IMG/VR virus record: IMGVR_UViG_3300032293_000766
Coordinates: 1-64,000 of that record
Length of the DNA stretch: 64,000 bases
Origin: a virus
Reading direction: 5' to 3' (one strand)
Shown here: one piece after another, positions 26,501-35,393 of the stretch
How the letters are laid out: the number at the start of each line of letters is the position of its first letter
Numbering within the stretch: the stretch's first letter is position 1
Notes under the pieces: generated by a model
Told to the model about the DNA's origin: nothing
Databases searched by the model: none
Seen by the model: only the letters and a program-made list of their open reading frames with translations
Position numbers and translations under genes: made by a program

Positions 26501-27622
26501 AATGAAACTAAAGATTTATTAGTAGAACAAACGGGCAATTATATTGTATTTAACGATGATATTTTATTACAAGATAATAACGACTACAATATTAAAATTG
26601 GATTTGTTTACTCTCAAGAGCAAAGCCCCTCACCTTTTACAAATTACTTAAATATTCCACAGTTTAAGCCGCCTTCGCAGGTCTTAAATGCGAATATAGT
26701 ATCTCCAGATGATTGGGAGTTAGCAAGAACTAGACTTGATTTAACTTGGAATACTCCACTAGATAGTGGCTCTTCTTCAATATTAGGCTATCAAATTAAG
26801 CAAAGTGGCTTCATTGAGAATGTTAGGAGTAGCGGTTTAGCTAATACTGATACGTTTATAAATATTAGTGGATTAATTCCTGGTAGATCTTACATATATG
26901 ATATTAGGTCTTTCAACCTTCATGGATTGAGTGATCCAGTTTTTGTCAGTGGTAATACTTCATCTATAATTAAACTTTCTGGCATTATAGATATCAATAC
27001 CGAACTTACGATTGGTCCGCAAAAATTAGACTCATCTATATTTATTGCTTCTGGACAATTAGATATAATTTCAAACGCTCCAAGTAACTTGATAGGTTCT
27101 CCTAGCAACAGTCAAGTTTCACTATCTTGGACTGCTTCTAATAATATTCAAGGAACACTTAATAATTATCTAGTAGCTTACAGATTATCTGGACAACCAT
27201 TCCAGACAGTACTAACAAATAGTACTAACAACTCATATGTCCTTGGACAATTAATAAATAATTCAACATATGACATCAAAGTTGCCCCTATATACTATGA
27301 CTACGCTAATATAATTTCTACTGGAGATTTCAGTCAAACAATCTCAAGCACTCCAGTTAAGCCAGTAGAACCAATATATCTAGCTAATGGCTTTATTAGT
27401 ACAGTAAATATTGATACTGTCAACGATCCAGAATTCCCAAATGCAGCTATATCCAATGGTTTTATTAGTGTATTAACAAATGATACTATAAGTCAAGATG
27501 AATTCTCCAATGCCGCGCTTTCAAACGGTTATCTCAGTATAATACATAGAGATCCAACGCCTACTAGCGGCGCTACAAACTCTTATACTTTTGAGAGAGA
27601 AAAAGCTTATTCATGGTTCTAG
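23585..27622 (+). CDS. Multi-Ig-domain virion protein with FN3 domains and internal peptide repeats
   Basis: 1345 aa; ~8 Ig-like units (I...P.......YQWQ....F.DI....L......D...YRV); FN3 domains; 21-aa and 23-aa repeats. Confidence 0.85.
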   Translation: MGRPEDCHCPCGYEPVLRRNPITIVITEQPKNATVYDDIAIFNISSTIDQLPSYYYQWQKRSFFEDYFTDIPFANGSTLLVSNPSIDDNGAKYRVYIGHYGNDPPVYSDEATLSITKDLPSPTISIKSHPKSIDLGFLDNTILSVDATVSPSVRLFYQWQISKNGFGNFQDIPNENQKTLSLKSLLYDRDNLNEYRVKIKTSYSPVYVYSNIARITLTRFPKISIISHPSDTQSNQGVANFNIEALTDDRTPLSYVWQRKRLSDNSFITIPQSTSSSLVVRNLNNRDDDESLYRAILYVGSLNKSKLSQYAKLSVPKSTITAINPNTFAPIAVSGEINLSVLATITSGDEIIYQWQNKSNEFDNLYTNISGANTPNLKLTKLEYDVDDNDIYRIFLQARYSKDVSTSQFFTINVPYAPKINVIDDTQLIFGISGNIGNDRSFTLFSTAELEFNTVTQVSGQLFGLWQSYNANTNNWINIANQSGDYLSINNASYLQYNNTEFRRFYTSDQGSTPKFSSSFAVFLNKPTINVTPLPISFSGIDGIAEISVSASVNFNQTLSYQWQKFNSITSTYTDIPNTNNSTLRLENLRYLDNNLDRYRVIVSATDGADSVASNFSTLLISKPLITFTKPLADQTALAHSALFSIDAVITNTSAPLSYQWQKLDKDINIYTNMIGEDKSFLSLSRLIRSRDNNSMYRVGIRGIDGADSVISEPKKLSVEIPAVSIINQPASSIKTRSSTLTLNTDATATYEGTVSYQWQEFNPNLNHSSFVDISGANSKTLTVSNIGYFTHNLTNYRAKIGTFEPETVNVFTNFSLLEITPVVFLSNLYQSYIIDQEKLVVYDTRLSNVYQSYLLDQAPLILLDTRFSNMYQSYILDQTPAIFLDTRLSNIYQSYLLDQEVIKVVDTRFSNMYQSYALDQDILRFNFSGIPILSSGFISQKFINLYINSSQATSSGSQWEGYRVQLQNTVTNETKDLLVEQTGNYIVFNDDILLQDNNDYNIKIGFVYSQEQSPSPFTNYLNIPQFKPPSQVLNANIVSPDDWELARTRLDLTWNTPLDSGSSSILGYQIKQSGFIENVRSSGLANTDTFINISGLIPGRSYIYDIRSFNLHGLSDPVFVSGNTSSIIKLSGIIDINTELTIGPQKLDSSIFIASGQLDIISNAPSNLIGSPSNSQVSLSWTASNNIQGTLNNYLVAYRLSGQPFQTVLTNSTNNSYVLGQLINNSTYDIKVAPIYYDYANIISTGDFSQTISSTPVKPVEPIYLANGFISTVNIDTVNDPEFPNAAISNGFISVLTNDTISQDEFSNAALSNGYLSIIHRDPTPTSGATNSYTFEREKAYSWF
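26060..26350 (+). repeat. Coding tandem repeat, ~5 x 63 bp (21 aa: DTR(L/F)SNxYQSYxLDQ)
   Basis: Five SNxYQSY units with synonymous divergence. Confidence 0.85.
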
Positions 27623-27623
27623 T

Positions 27624-27633
27624 GTGTATATTA
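27624..27633 (+). promoter_or_regulatory. Putative late promoter GTGTATATTA
   Basis: Intergenic, 39 bp before the start at 27663. Confidence 0.5.
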
Positions 27634-27662
27634 CGTTAGGTCTATAAAAAAAGGAAACTCTA

Positions 27663-28037
27663 ATGCCTCTCCCAAATCTTAATAGTCCAACAAAAGTAGA
27701 AGGGCGCAATGTTTTAGTAACTAGCATACCAACAAACGCTTCTGGATGTTTGGTTAATCCTTCTGGTAGCAATGAAACGTTGCGTATCAGTAATATTTAC
27801 GTAAGTAATATTGACGGTGTTAACGCTTGTGATGTGAACTGTTATATATTAGATAACAGTACCTCTCCAGCCGCTACAGGATATTTAGCATTTACAGTAA
27901 GTATTCCCGCTGATGCTAGTCTAGTATTACTAACAAAAAATGAAAATACATACTTGATGGAAAATCAAACCTTGTTTTTGGGTGCCAGCGCGGCTAACGA
28001 TTTAAGCGCTGTTATTAATTACGAGGAAATAATTTAA
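27663..28037 (+). CDS. Small virion structural protein
   Basis: 124 aa; NIYVSNIDGVN...IPADASLVLL..YLMENQ...NYEEI, a common phage fibre-associated type. Confidence 0.65.
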   Translation: MPLPNLNSPTKVEGRNVLVTSIPTNASGCLVNPSGSNETLRISNIYVSNIDGVNACDVNCYILDNSTSPAATGYLAFTVSIPADASLVLLTKNENTYLMENQTLFLGASAANDLSAVINYEEII

Positions 28038-28039
28038 TT

Positions 28040-28894
28040 ATGTTGTCACTACCGCGCGATAGGTATATAGGTTTTGATAGAGGCGAAAAGTCTCTTTTTG
28101 TACAAGTACTTGCCGTTGGCGGCGGTGGCGGTGGAGGCTTCTATGGTGGTGGTGGAGGGGCTGGAGGATTCCAAGAACAGGCAATTGCTATCTCTTTGGG
28201 CGTTGCTTATTCTGTTTCCATAGGCGCAGGCGGTTCAGCAAGTACTGGCGCAGACTCGCGCGCTGGTATGGGTTCTCCTTCAAATTTTGCAAACATTATT
28301 AGCGTAGGCGGTGGTTCTGCTGGCACACGAACAGTAACTAGCTCAACTGCTGGCTACCATGCTATAGCTTTCGCTGGAGGTTCTGGCGGTGGTTCGTATG
28401 CCAATGCTATTGTAGGTATTGCGCCATCTGTCGGTCAAGGAAACGCAGGAACTAATGGTACAGCCGCTGGATTTTCTGGTGGTGGAGGTGGTGCTGGCAG
28501 TGCAGCAGGAGCTACAGTTGCTGGAACACGCGGAGGCGCTGGTGGCTCTGGTAAGGTATCTACGATTACTGGATTAACTTATGCTGGCGGCGGCGGTGGT
28601 GGCTCTGCAAACGCAGGAAACTTCGCTGCTGGTGGCTCTGGTGGTGGCGGTAGAGGCGGTTCAGCAACTGGTCAAACTGCTGGAGTTGCCGGAACTGCAA
28701 ATACTGGCGGTGGCGGTGGCGGTGGCAGCACAAACGCAAACGGTGGTAACGGTGGCTCTGGCGTAATTGTGATATTAGCGAGTTCGCAACTTCGCTTAAC
28801 AATTGGCGCTGGATTGACTTATACAAGCTCACCGTCTGGCGCTAATACTATCTATACTTTTACAGGGGGAACCGACACGGTAACATTCAACTAA
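28040..28894 (+). CDS. Glycine-rich fibre-tip protein
   Basis: VGGGGGGG, YAGGGGG, ANTGGGGGG, GGSGVIVI motifs. Confidence 0.8.
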   Translation: MLSLPRDRYIGFDRGEKSLFVQVLAVGGGGGGGFYGGGGGAGGFQEQAIAISLGVAYSVSIGAGGSASTGADSRAGMGSPSNFANIISVGGGSAGTRTVTSSTAGYHAIAFAGGSGGGSYANAIVGIAPSVGQGNAGTNGTAAGFSGGGGGAGSAAGATVAGTRGGAGGSGKVSTITGLTYAGGGGGGSANAGNFAAGGSGGGGRGGSATGQTAGVAGTANTGGGGGGGSTNANGGNGGSGVIVILASSQLRLTIGAGLTYTSSPSGANTIYTFTGGTDTVTFN

Positions 28895-29205
28895 TGGCAC
28901 ACTACGCATTTCTAAATAATCAAAATATTGTTACAGAGGTTATCATCGGCAAAGACGAGAATGATGGCGGTATAGATTGGGAAGTATATTATGGCGAATT
29001 ACGTAGTCAAGTATGTAAGCGCACAAGTTATAACACGCATAATAACGTTCATCTATTTGGTGGCATTCCGTATCGCAAGAATTATGCTGGCATTGGGTAT
29101 ACATATTTAGCAGATCTAGACGCTTTCATCCCTCCATGTCCCGGCGATGGCTGGACCTTGGACGAAGCTACTGGTTCATGGGTTTTCAATGACCTTCAAC
29201 AATAA
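28894..29205 (+). CDS. Conserved partner of Gly-rich fibre proteins (MAHYA...RKNYAGIGYTY type)
   Basis: MAHYAFL..NIVTEVI, RTSYN, RKNYAGIGYTY, DAFIPP; TAATG coupling. Confidence 0.7.
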   Translation: MAHYAFLNNQNIVTEVIIGKDENDGGIDWEVYYGELRSQVCKRTSYNTHNNVHLFGGIPYRKNYAGIGYTYLADLDAFIPPCPGDGWTLDEATGSWVFNDLQQ

Positions 29206-29242
29206 ACTAACCCCACAGTACATATATTTTTAAAGGTATAAT

Positions 29243-31012
29243 ATGATAAATATAAAACGACTAAAAGATTTCCCAGAAGGTAGTGGAAGCTTAACTGCTG
29301 ATGATGTTTTTATTTTTACAGATAATCCTTCCGGTGTTGGTATTACAAAAAAAATAACCTTAAGTCAATTGAGTAATGCTATAGGCGGTGGAATCTCTGA
29401 TATTGTAGAAGATATTAGTCCAGAACTTGGTGGTAGTCTTGATGCGCGCAATTTTAGTATTAGTGGCGTTTCTACTTTAACAGGTGCTAGTGGAAACTTT
29501 ACAAGTTTAAGACAAAATGGCGTTGTCGTTAGTGTTAGTGGACATTCTCACCTTAGTTCTAATATTACTGACTTTAATAGTTCTGTTAGTGGTTTATTAC
29601 CCGTTAAAAATATTCTTGCTGGTTATGACATTGACATCACTAATAATAGTGGTGTTTATACCGTTGCTTCTACAAATTTAGTCCATGTTGATAGTCAACA
29701 GCCTCAAGGATTTATTAATAGAACTGATAGTAGAATTAGTGTTAGTGGAAATATATTCAGAATAGAACCTACAGGAAGCTCATATAGTTATTATAATAGA
29801 GGTATCAAAGTTGTTAAAACTAGTGGTGATAGTTTAACTATACCTAATATTACTCAAATTAATTATATTCATTTTGATACTGTTAATAATCAAATATCAA
29901 ATAAAACTACAAGCTTTGATTTTTCTACTGATATTCCTATCGCATATGTAGCTTGGAATAGTGGAGTTGGTCCTAGTGGACAAATGACTTTCTTTGCTGA
30001 AGAACGTCACGGAATTGTGATGGATACCAGCACTCACAAGTGGATTCATAATACTTTTGGTATGCAATATGTTGATGGCTTGAGTATTGGTAATTATGTT
30101 TTAGGTGGAAATGGGTCTAGCAATACTCATGCAACTATATCAATCGGTAATGGTACTCTTTATCAAGAAGATATTCAGATAAATGTTACTGACAGTTCTA
30201 GTGCTGATCCTTTCTGTCAAGAGTTAAGTCCGATTGCTAAAATTCCCGTTTATTATCACGACGGAACTACTGGTCAGTGGGTTAAGAATACCGCCACAGA
30301 CTATCCTGTTAAATATGGAGCTAATGGGCCACAATATAACTTATTAACTGGTAGCAATTGGACAACCCCCGATGTTAGCCCCGGTGGACAAACAAGATAC
30401 TTTGCAGCATGGATTCTTGCAACTAATCAAATTGATGATCCTATAATTAGTATTATGGGTCAAAGATATGATAGTACTGAGGGAGCCGCTGAAAATAGTA
30501 ACTCTTGGGGCGATGTTAATCTTACTAATCTTCCATTAAGCGAAGTTAAACCTCTTTATCGATTAATATTTGCTGCTGATAGCAATAGCTATACAAATGC
30601 TCCTAAGTGTACTTTACGTAGTATTCTTGATATACGAGTAGCCGTAATTAGTACTGTCGCTGGAGTTGCCCAGAATGATCACGGAAGTTTATTCGGATTG
30701 GGTGACGATGATCACTCTCAATACTTGCATGTGGATAATAATCGAACGGTTAATGCAATTCATAATTTTGTTAATGGATTAACTGTTAATGGTACTAGTG
30801 TAAGTGTAAGTGGTCATTCTCATACTTCATCTAATATCACAGATTTTAATATTAGTGTTAGTGGACTTTTGCCAAGTGGATTAGTACGAAGTAATACATC
30901 TGGTATAACTGGAGCTAGCGGCATTAATAACATTGTTCAAATGAATCAAGCAAGTTATGATGCTATTGGTAGTGGCAATTACGATCCTAATACAATTTAC
31001 TTTATAGTGTAG
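29243..31012 (+). CDS. Tail-fibre-like protein
   Basis: 589 aa; two GHSHxSSNITDFN repeats and DHGSLFGLGDDDHSQY His motif; ends YDPNTIYFIV. Confidence 0.7.
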   Translation: MINIKRLKDFPEGSGSLTADDVFIFTDNPSGVGITKKITLSQLSNAIGGGISDIVEDISPELGGSLDARNFSISGVSTLTGASGNFTSLRQNGVVVSVSGHSHLSSNITDFNSSVSGLLPVKNILAGYDIDITNNSGVYTVASTNLVHVDSQQPQGFINRTDSRISVSGNIFRIEPTGSSYSYYNRGIKVVKTSGDSLTIPNITQINYIHFDTVNNQISNKTTSFDFSTDIPIAYVAWNSGVGPSGQMTFFAEERHGIVMDTSTHKWIHNTFGMQYVDGLSIGNYVLGGNGSSNTHATISIGNGTLYQEDIQINVTDSSSADPFCQELSPIAKIPVYYHDGTTGQWVKNTATDYPVKYGANGPQYNLLTGSNWTTPDVSPGGQTRYFAAWILATNQIDDPIISIMGQRYDSTEGAAENSNSWGDVNLTNLPLSEVKPLYRLIFAADSNSYTNAPKCTLRSILDIRVAVISTVAGVAQNDHGSLFGLGDDDHSQYLHVDNNRTVNAIHNFVNGLTVNGTSVSVSGHSHTSSNITDFNISVSGLLPSGLVRSNTSGITGASGINNIVQMNQASYDAIGSGNYDPNTIYFIV

Positions 31013-31014
31013 TT

Positions 31015-32253
31015 ATGACTAAAGCTAATATAGGAAATTCTCAGGTTGTAATAAAGATTGGGCAAAATGCAGTCCTAAAGGCTTATAGGGGATCAAACGT
31101 CATTTATAGCCCCGTATCCGCTGCTCCTATAAGCGTAAGTCCTCTCCATTTGGCTAACGGGTTTCTTAGTACATTAGGTAATGATACTGTAAACGAAAGT
31201 GAATTCCCAAATGCCGCTTTATCAAATGGCTATTTAAACGTATTAAGATTAGAGAATACAACTGAAAGCGAATTCCCCAATGCAGTTTTGTCAAACGGGT
31301 ATTTAGGCGTTTTGCATATTGATCCTATTGTTATCCCCCTGCCTAATGCCCCAACCAGTTTGTCTGCAACCGCTGGGAACGCCCAGATTGTTTTATCTTG
31401 GACTGCACCGACTAATACTGCCATTAGCGATTACACCATTGAATACACGCCAGCGGGAGCGGGTACGGGATATTCGCTCTCTGGTTATGCTACAACAGCC
31501 GCCAACGGCAACTACACAACCAGCGGAGAAATTAGCAATAATCCTACATGGCAGCACTCGTCCGCTGATTACGTTCTATCATATATTGGAGAAAGCGTTG
31601 GCTGGGCCTTGTTCCCCGGCACTATAGCGGGAGGATACACTGGTGGCCCTATTGCTAGTCAGGTTTGCGGATATCCTGGCGGTGGCGAAGGTACATGTTC
31701 AGAGGGTTCTGTCACGGGCGATTGGAACGAGGGCATAAGCTCTGGAGCAGGTAGCTTCACTGTCGCTGCTGCGACCGCTACTCCGCAAAATGTATCCACT
31801 GGCAGCAGTAATTCTAGTTATACGCTGACGGGCTTGACCAACGGCACGGCTTACACGGTGCGTGTAGCGGCGGTTAATTCGGCTGGCACTGGCGCCTACA
31901 CGGCGGCCTCTAGCGGCGTGACACCTAATGCGGCGAGCGTTCCGGGTGCGCCGACTTTAGTGCGGAACGGCAACGCTTACTGGGCCTGCCAAGAGGGCGA
32001 CAACGCGGTCATGTGGAACGTACCATCTTCAAATGGCGGCTCCGCAATTACGGGCTACGTTTGGCGAATCGGAAGCGGTTCTTTAACTTCCGTAAGCCCA
32101 TCGACCGGCACAAGCCAAGCCTTCAGCAACCCTAATTGGACAGGTGGGCGAGTTGTAGGTTTACCAACGGGTGGCTCTTTCCAAGTCGCTGCCGTAAACG
32201 CAATCGGTACTGGGCCGTTCGCTTCAATAACACTGCAACAGGATTGCAACTAA
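31015..32253 (+). CDS. FN3-domain virion protein
   Basis: 412 aa; three 23-aa N-terminal repeats and two FN3 domains. Confidence 0.75.
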   Translation: MTKANIGNSQVVIKIGQNAVLKAYRGSNVIYSPVSAAPISVSPLHLANGFLSTLGNDTVNESEFPNAALSNGYLNVLRLENTTESEFPNAVLSNGYLGVLHIDPIVIPLPNAPTSLSATAGNAQIVLSWTAPTNTAISDYTIEYTPAGAGTGYSLSGYATTAANGNYTTSGEISNNPTWQHSSADYVLSYIGESVGWALFPGTIAGGYTGGPIASQVCGYPGGGEGTCSEGSVTGDWNEGISSGAGSFTVAAATATPQNVSTGSSNSSYTLTGLTNGTAYTVRVAAVNSAGTGAYTAASSGVTPNAASVPGAPTLVRNGNAYWACQEGDNAVMWNVPSSNGGSAITGYVWRIGSGSLTSVSPSTGTSQAFSNPNWTGGRVVGLPTGGSFQVAAVNAIGTGPFASITLQQDCN

Positions 32254-32795
32254 TGAACGTTATTCGTATAAGAAACTTTTTGAGCGATAGCGAACGAACT
32301 ACGCTACTAGCGTGGTGCGAATCAAACGTCGCGTGTTTTGGAGACGCAAGAACTGCTGACGGTGAAATATATCCGCTTCGTAAAATCTCTAATAGTAACG
32401 TAGTATTGGCTACTGGCGGTTTCCCCGAAGTGGCCTATCAAATACAAAATCGTATCAGAGAGCAATTTCCGACATTAGGACCATCTCTACCGCGATTCCT
32501 AGACGGTATGACTGTAGGTATTCTTCTGCCTAGCGGCGAGTTTGCTCAACACGTTGACCATCACTTCCGACAGGATGATCTGGTTTGTGTTGGTGTAAAC
32601 GCACTCATTGTCGCTCCAGATTCAGGTGGTATAGTGAGCGTTGACGGAGAGGAACAAGAGCAGCAAGAAGGAGACGCACTAATCTACCTTTTGTCGGAGC
32701 AGATTCATGGAGTTTCTCAGGTTAATGGTAACGTAAAGCGAGTTGTTTGGTCGTGGCGATTCATTGTTGATCCTACTACTTGGAATGTTGTATAA
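32253..32795 (+). CDS. 2OG-Fe(II) oxygenase (prolyl-hydroxylase-like)
   Basis: Start at coupled TAATG; NFLSDSE, HVD, GG, HGVSQV..KR motifs. Confidence 0.75.
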   Translation: MNVIRIRNFLSDSERTTLLAWCESNVACFGDARTADGEIYPLRKISNSNVVLATGGFPEVAYQIQNRIREQFPTLGPSLPRFLDGMTVGILLPSGEFAQHVDHHFRQDDLVCVGVNALIVAPDSGGIVSVDGEEQEQQEGDALIYLLSEQIHGVSQVNGNVKRVVWSWRFIVDPTTWNVV

Positions 32796-32859
32796 AATAC
32801 TTCTTATAACTCCTTGCTTGCATCACCATCGATGAATACTTGATCTTACGCTACAAATA

Positions 32860-32869
32860 GTGTATTAAT
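32860..32869 (+). promoter_or_regulatory. Putative late promoter GTGTATTAAT
   Basis: Intergenic, 46 bp before the start at 32906. Confidence 0.5.
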
Positions 32870-32905
32870 TATTAAATCAACCAATTACTATAAAGGGATA
32901 ATTAA

Positions 32906-34180
32906 ATGGCAATCATAACATATGAAGGTTTTGAAAATTATAGCTCTTTTGATGCTGTTCAGAATTATTTGAATTATCTTAATTATGGAACCATGAGTTT
33001 TATTAGCGGCATTGACGCCAACAATGTTACTCCACGTAATAATGGAAGCTGTTTAAAATTTGTTTCTCTCAGTAATGCCACATATCCAAAATTTAAATTG
33101 AAATCCCCAAATAATATAGCTAATACTAGTGGGGTTTTTGGCTTCTCTTGGTACAACCTTTTACCCGCTGGTGGAAGTTGGGGAACTTTTACTCCTATAT
33201 GCGGAGTAATTGATAATGTTGGTAAACCTATTTTTTATATTGGGGTTAATAGTAATGGAAATATAGAAGCTAGGAGATGGGTTCGCAGAATTCAAACTGG
33301 CGATTACTCTTATGAAACTTTTGATACTTCTAATACCGTATGGAATTCTTTTTTGAACTTTCAATATCGCTGTGGGAAAAATGGTTGTGATCAGAATTAT
33401 TATTCACTTTTTGATATTACTAATTATAGTTTACTTGGAGCCACAACAAGTCTTGTAACTGCAAATGCTTGGAATTATATTGAAGTTAAGTATAGCCTTT
33501 CTAACACAAGTAGCGGCTATATACATATCAAAATTAACAGAAATAGTAATGACACAACTTTAGATCTAAATCTAAATAATATTGCAACCTCCCCTAGTAC
33601 AAGTCCTGCACTTAGTTTAGTGTTTGGTGTACATAGAGGTCATGCCACAAATCCAATTAACCTTGGAACTAATACAACAATTTATACTAGCTATTTTGAT
33701 GATATTTACTGGGCAGACCTTACAGGATCTAATAATGATTTCCTAGGCAGAGTAAGCTGCAAAAAGTTTAGTTATAATGACGTAATAAGCTATAATATGA
33801 CTACGCCAGCTAGTAGTGGTACTGCGCTTTCTAATTTTAATGAGACTTTTACAGGCTCTGGCGTAATAAATACTAGAAATATAGGCAACGTTGTGGGCCA
33901 AACTCTTGACGTTAGGAGTACAGGAGTTAGTAGTGAGACACTGAGTCCTATATTTGTTCGTCAATATATTCATGGCTATAAGACAGAAGCTAATAGTGAT
34001 ATTGCCCTTGGAACAACCGATGGAGTAAATAGTTTGGCTGTTAGTGGAATTAATCTTAATAATGATTCTATAAGTGGCGTTCTTAAGTATCGTGATTATG
34101 ATAATGCGCCAGACGGAAATGAGTGGACTAACCAAAAAATTGCTAACACAACATTTAGACATACTGTAATTAGTAGTTAA
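32906..34180 (+). CDS. Lectin-like virion protein, paralog of 21555..22961
   Basis: YEGFENY, WNYIEVKY, YFDDIYW and NNDFLGRVSC motifs. Confidence 0.65.
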   Translation: MAIITYEGFENYSSFDAVQNYLNYLNYGTMSFISGIDANNVTPRNNGSCLKFVSLSNATYPKFKLKSPNNIANTSGVFGFSWYNLLPAGGSWGTFTPICGVIDNVGKPIFYIGVNSNGNIEARRWVRRIQTGDYSYETFDTSNTVWNSFLNFQYRCGKNGCDQNYYSLFDITNYSLLGATTSLVTANAWNYIEVKYSLSNTSSGYIHIKINRNSNDTTLDLNLNNIATSPSTSPALSLVFGVHRGHATNPINLGTNTTIYTSYFDDIYWADLTGSNNDFLGRVSCKKFSYNDVISYNMTTPASSGTALSNFNETFTGSGVINTRNIGNVVGQTLDVRSTGVSSETLSPIFVRQYIHGYKTEANSDIALGTTDGVNSLAVSGINLNNDSISGVLKYRDYDNAPDGNEWTNQKIANTTFRHTVISS

Positions 34181-34187
34181 GAAATTT

Positions 34188-34724
34188 ATGAAAGGTGTTT
34201 GCGCGCTATATAACAATAAAGCATTAGCTTTAGTCGCTCGTAGCAGCAGTCACGCTCTTATGAGTCTTATGCTACCAGAAGTTTATGAAAAGAGAGTAAT
34301 CTTCTTAAAAGAAGATCGTTGGCATCCAATCATGAATTTAGAGGGGTGGGATTTAAGACACGGTTTTCCAGAAGTAGAACAGATATGTGTTATGGTTAGA
34401 AATCCGATTGAAAGATTCGCAAGCAGTATGGCAAGAAGAAAACTAACCTTTGAACAAGCTTTAGAAGTCAAGGATGAAGACGTTCATTTTTGGAGTATAG
34501 AAAGTATGGGACTTATAAATGAAAAATGTAGCCACTTTTTATTCCCAGAACAGATAGATCTATGCGCTCAAATGCTTGGATTAAAAGTACCAGTTTCAAA
34601 ACTCAATGAAGAAGACAATAAACCCAATCTATCTACTAGAGAGATAGAAGTGCTAAAAAAAATTTATAAAGCAGACATAGAACTATATAATAAATTAAAG
34701 GAGAATTATCATGGGCGAATTTGA
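34188..34724 (+). CDS. Sulfotransferase-like protein (Sulfotransfer_2-like, degenerate)
   Basis: VARSSSHAL (degenerate 5'-PSB loop), VRNPIERFAS (3'-PB motif), HF, and IYKADIELY C-terminus. Confidence 0.55.
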   Translation: MKGVCALYNNKALALVARSSSHALMSLMLPEVYEKRVIFLKEDRWHPIMNLEGWDLRHGFPEVEQICVMVRNPIERFASSMARRKLTFEQALEVKDEDVHFWSIESMGLINEKCSHFLFPEQIDLCAQMLGLKVPVSKLNEEDNKPNLSTREIEVLKKIYKADIELYNKLKENYHGRI

Positions 34725-35295
34725 TGGCAAGGTATTACTAGTAAGAAATTTTATTACTCCAGAAGAATGCTCCGCTCTTAAAAATTGGGCCATAGAGAAT
34801 GCTTCAGAACAATTTGTTGATGGCGTAGGTGGTAATTGGGATACTAAAGAGTTTGTAAGAGTAAAAAATAGATTAACCAACAGAATGGTTGGCAATAATA
34901 TACATTATCCTGATCTTGTTTACTCTATTCAAAATAGACTAAAAGAAACCTTTCCAATTATTAAAGATGCTGAAGTTATTAAATATCATGGAAAAGATGG
35001 CGTGGTTGTCAGCATAACATATAATACTGGTGATGTTTACAAGCATAAAGACCCATCAGTAGATCATCAAGTTCAAGATACTGTAGCGTTAAGATTTAAT
35101 ATTCTTGCTAGTAAAGCTGAAAACGGTGGCGTTATTCACGTTGAAGACAAAACGTATGATCTTAATGAAGGGGATTTGATGGCCTACTTAGTTAGTGAAT
35201 ACTATCACAGTGTTGAAACTTGTTCTGGCAATAATCCAAGAATTTTATTTATGTTTGGCTTTTGTGTCAATAAAGAAACTTGGGAAAATCAGTGA
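34711..35295 (+). CDS. 2OG-Fe(II) oxygenase
   Basis: NFITPEEC, HKD, GG, HSVETCSGNNPRI motifs. Confidence 0.8.
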   Translation: MGEFDGKVLLVRNFITPEECSALKNWAIENASEQFVDGVGGNWDTKEFVRVKNRLTNRMVGNNIHYPDLVYSIQNRLKETFPIIKDAEVIKYHGKDGVVVSITYNTGDVYKHKDPSVDHQVQDTVALRFNILASKAENGGVIHVEDKTYDLNEGDLMAYLVSEYYHSVETCSGNNPRILFMFGFCVNKETWENQ

Positions 35296-35356
35296 GCTAT
35301 ATTTACGTTTATAACTAGCTTTATCCTATATCATTACTAATCAATTACGCAATTAA

Positions 35357-35369
35357 GTGTATAGTAAGT
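35357..35369 (+). promoter_or_regulatory. Putative late promoter GTGTATAGTAAGT
   Basis: Identical 13-mer at 48601; 37 bp before the start at 35394. Confidence 0.55.
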
Positions 35370-35393
35370 CATTAACTTACTCAGGAGAATACT

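Noticed and set aside
28110-28770. GGC/GGT trinucleotide runs as microsatellites or phase-variation tracts
   Set aside because: They encode poly-Gly with mixed codons in a Gly-rich fibre protein.
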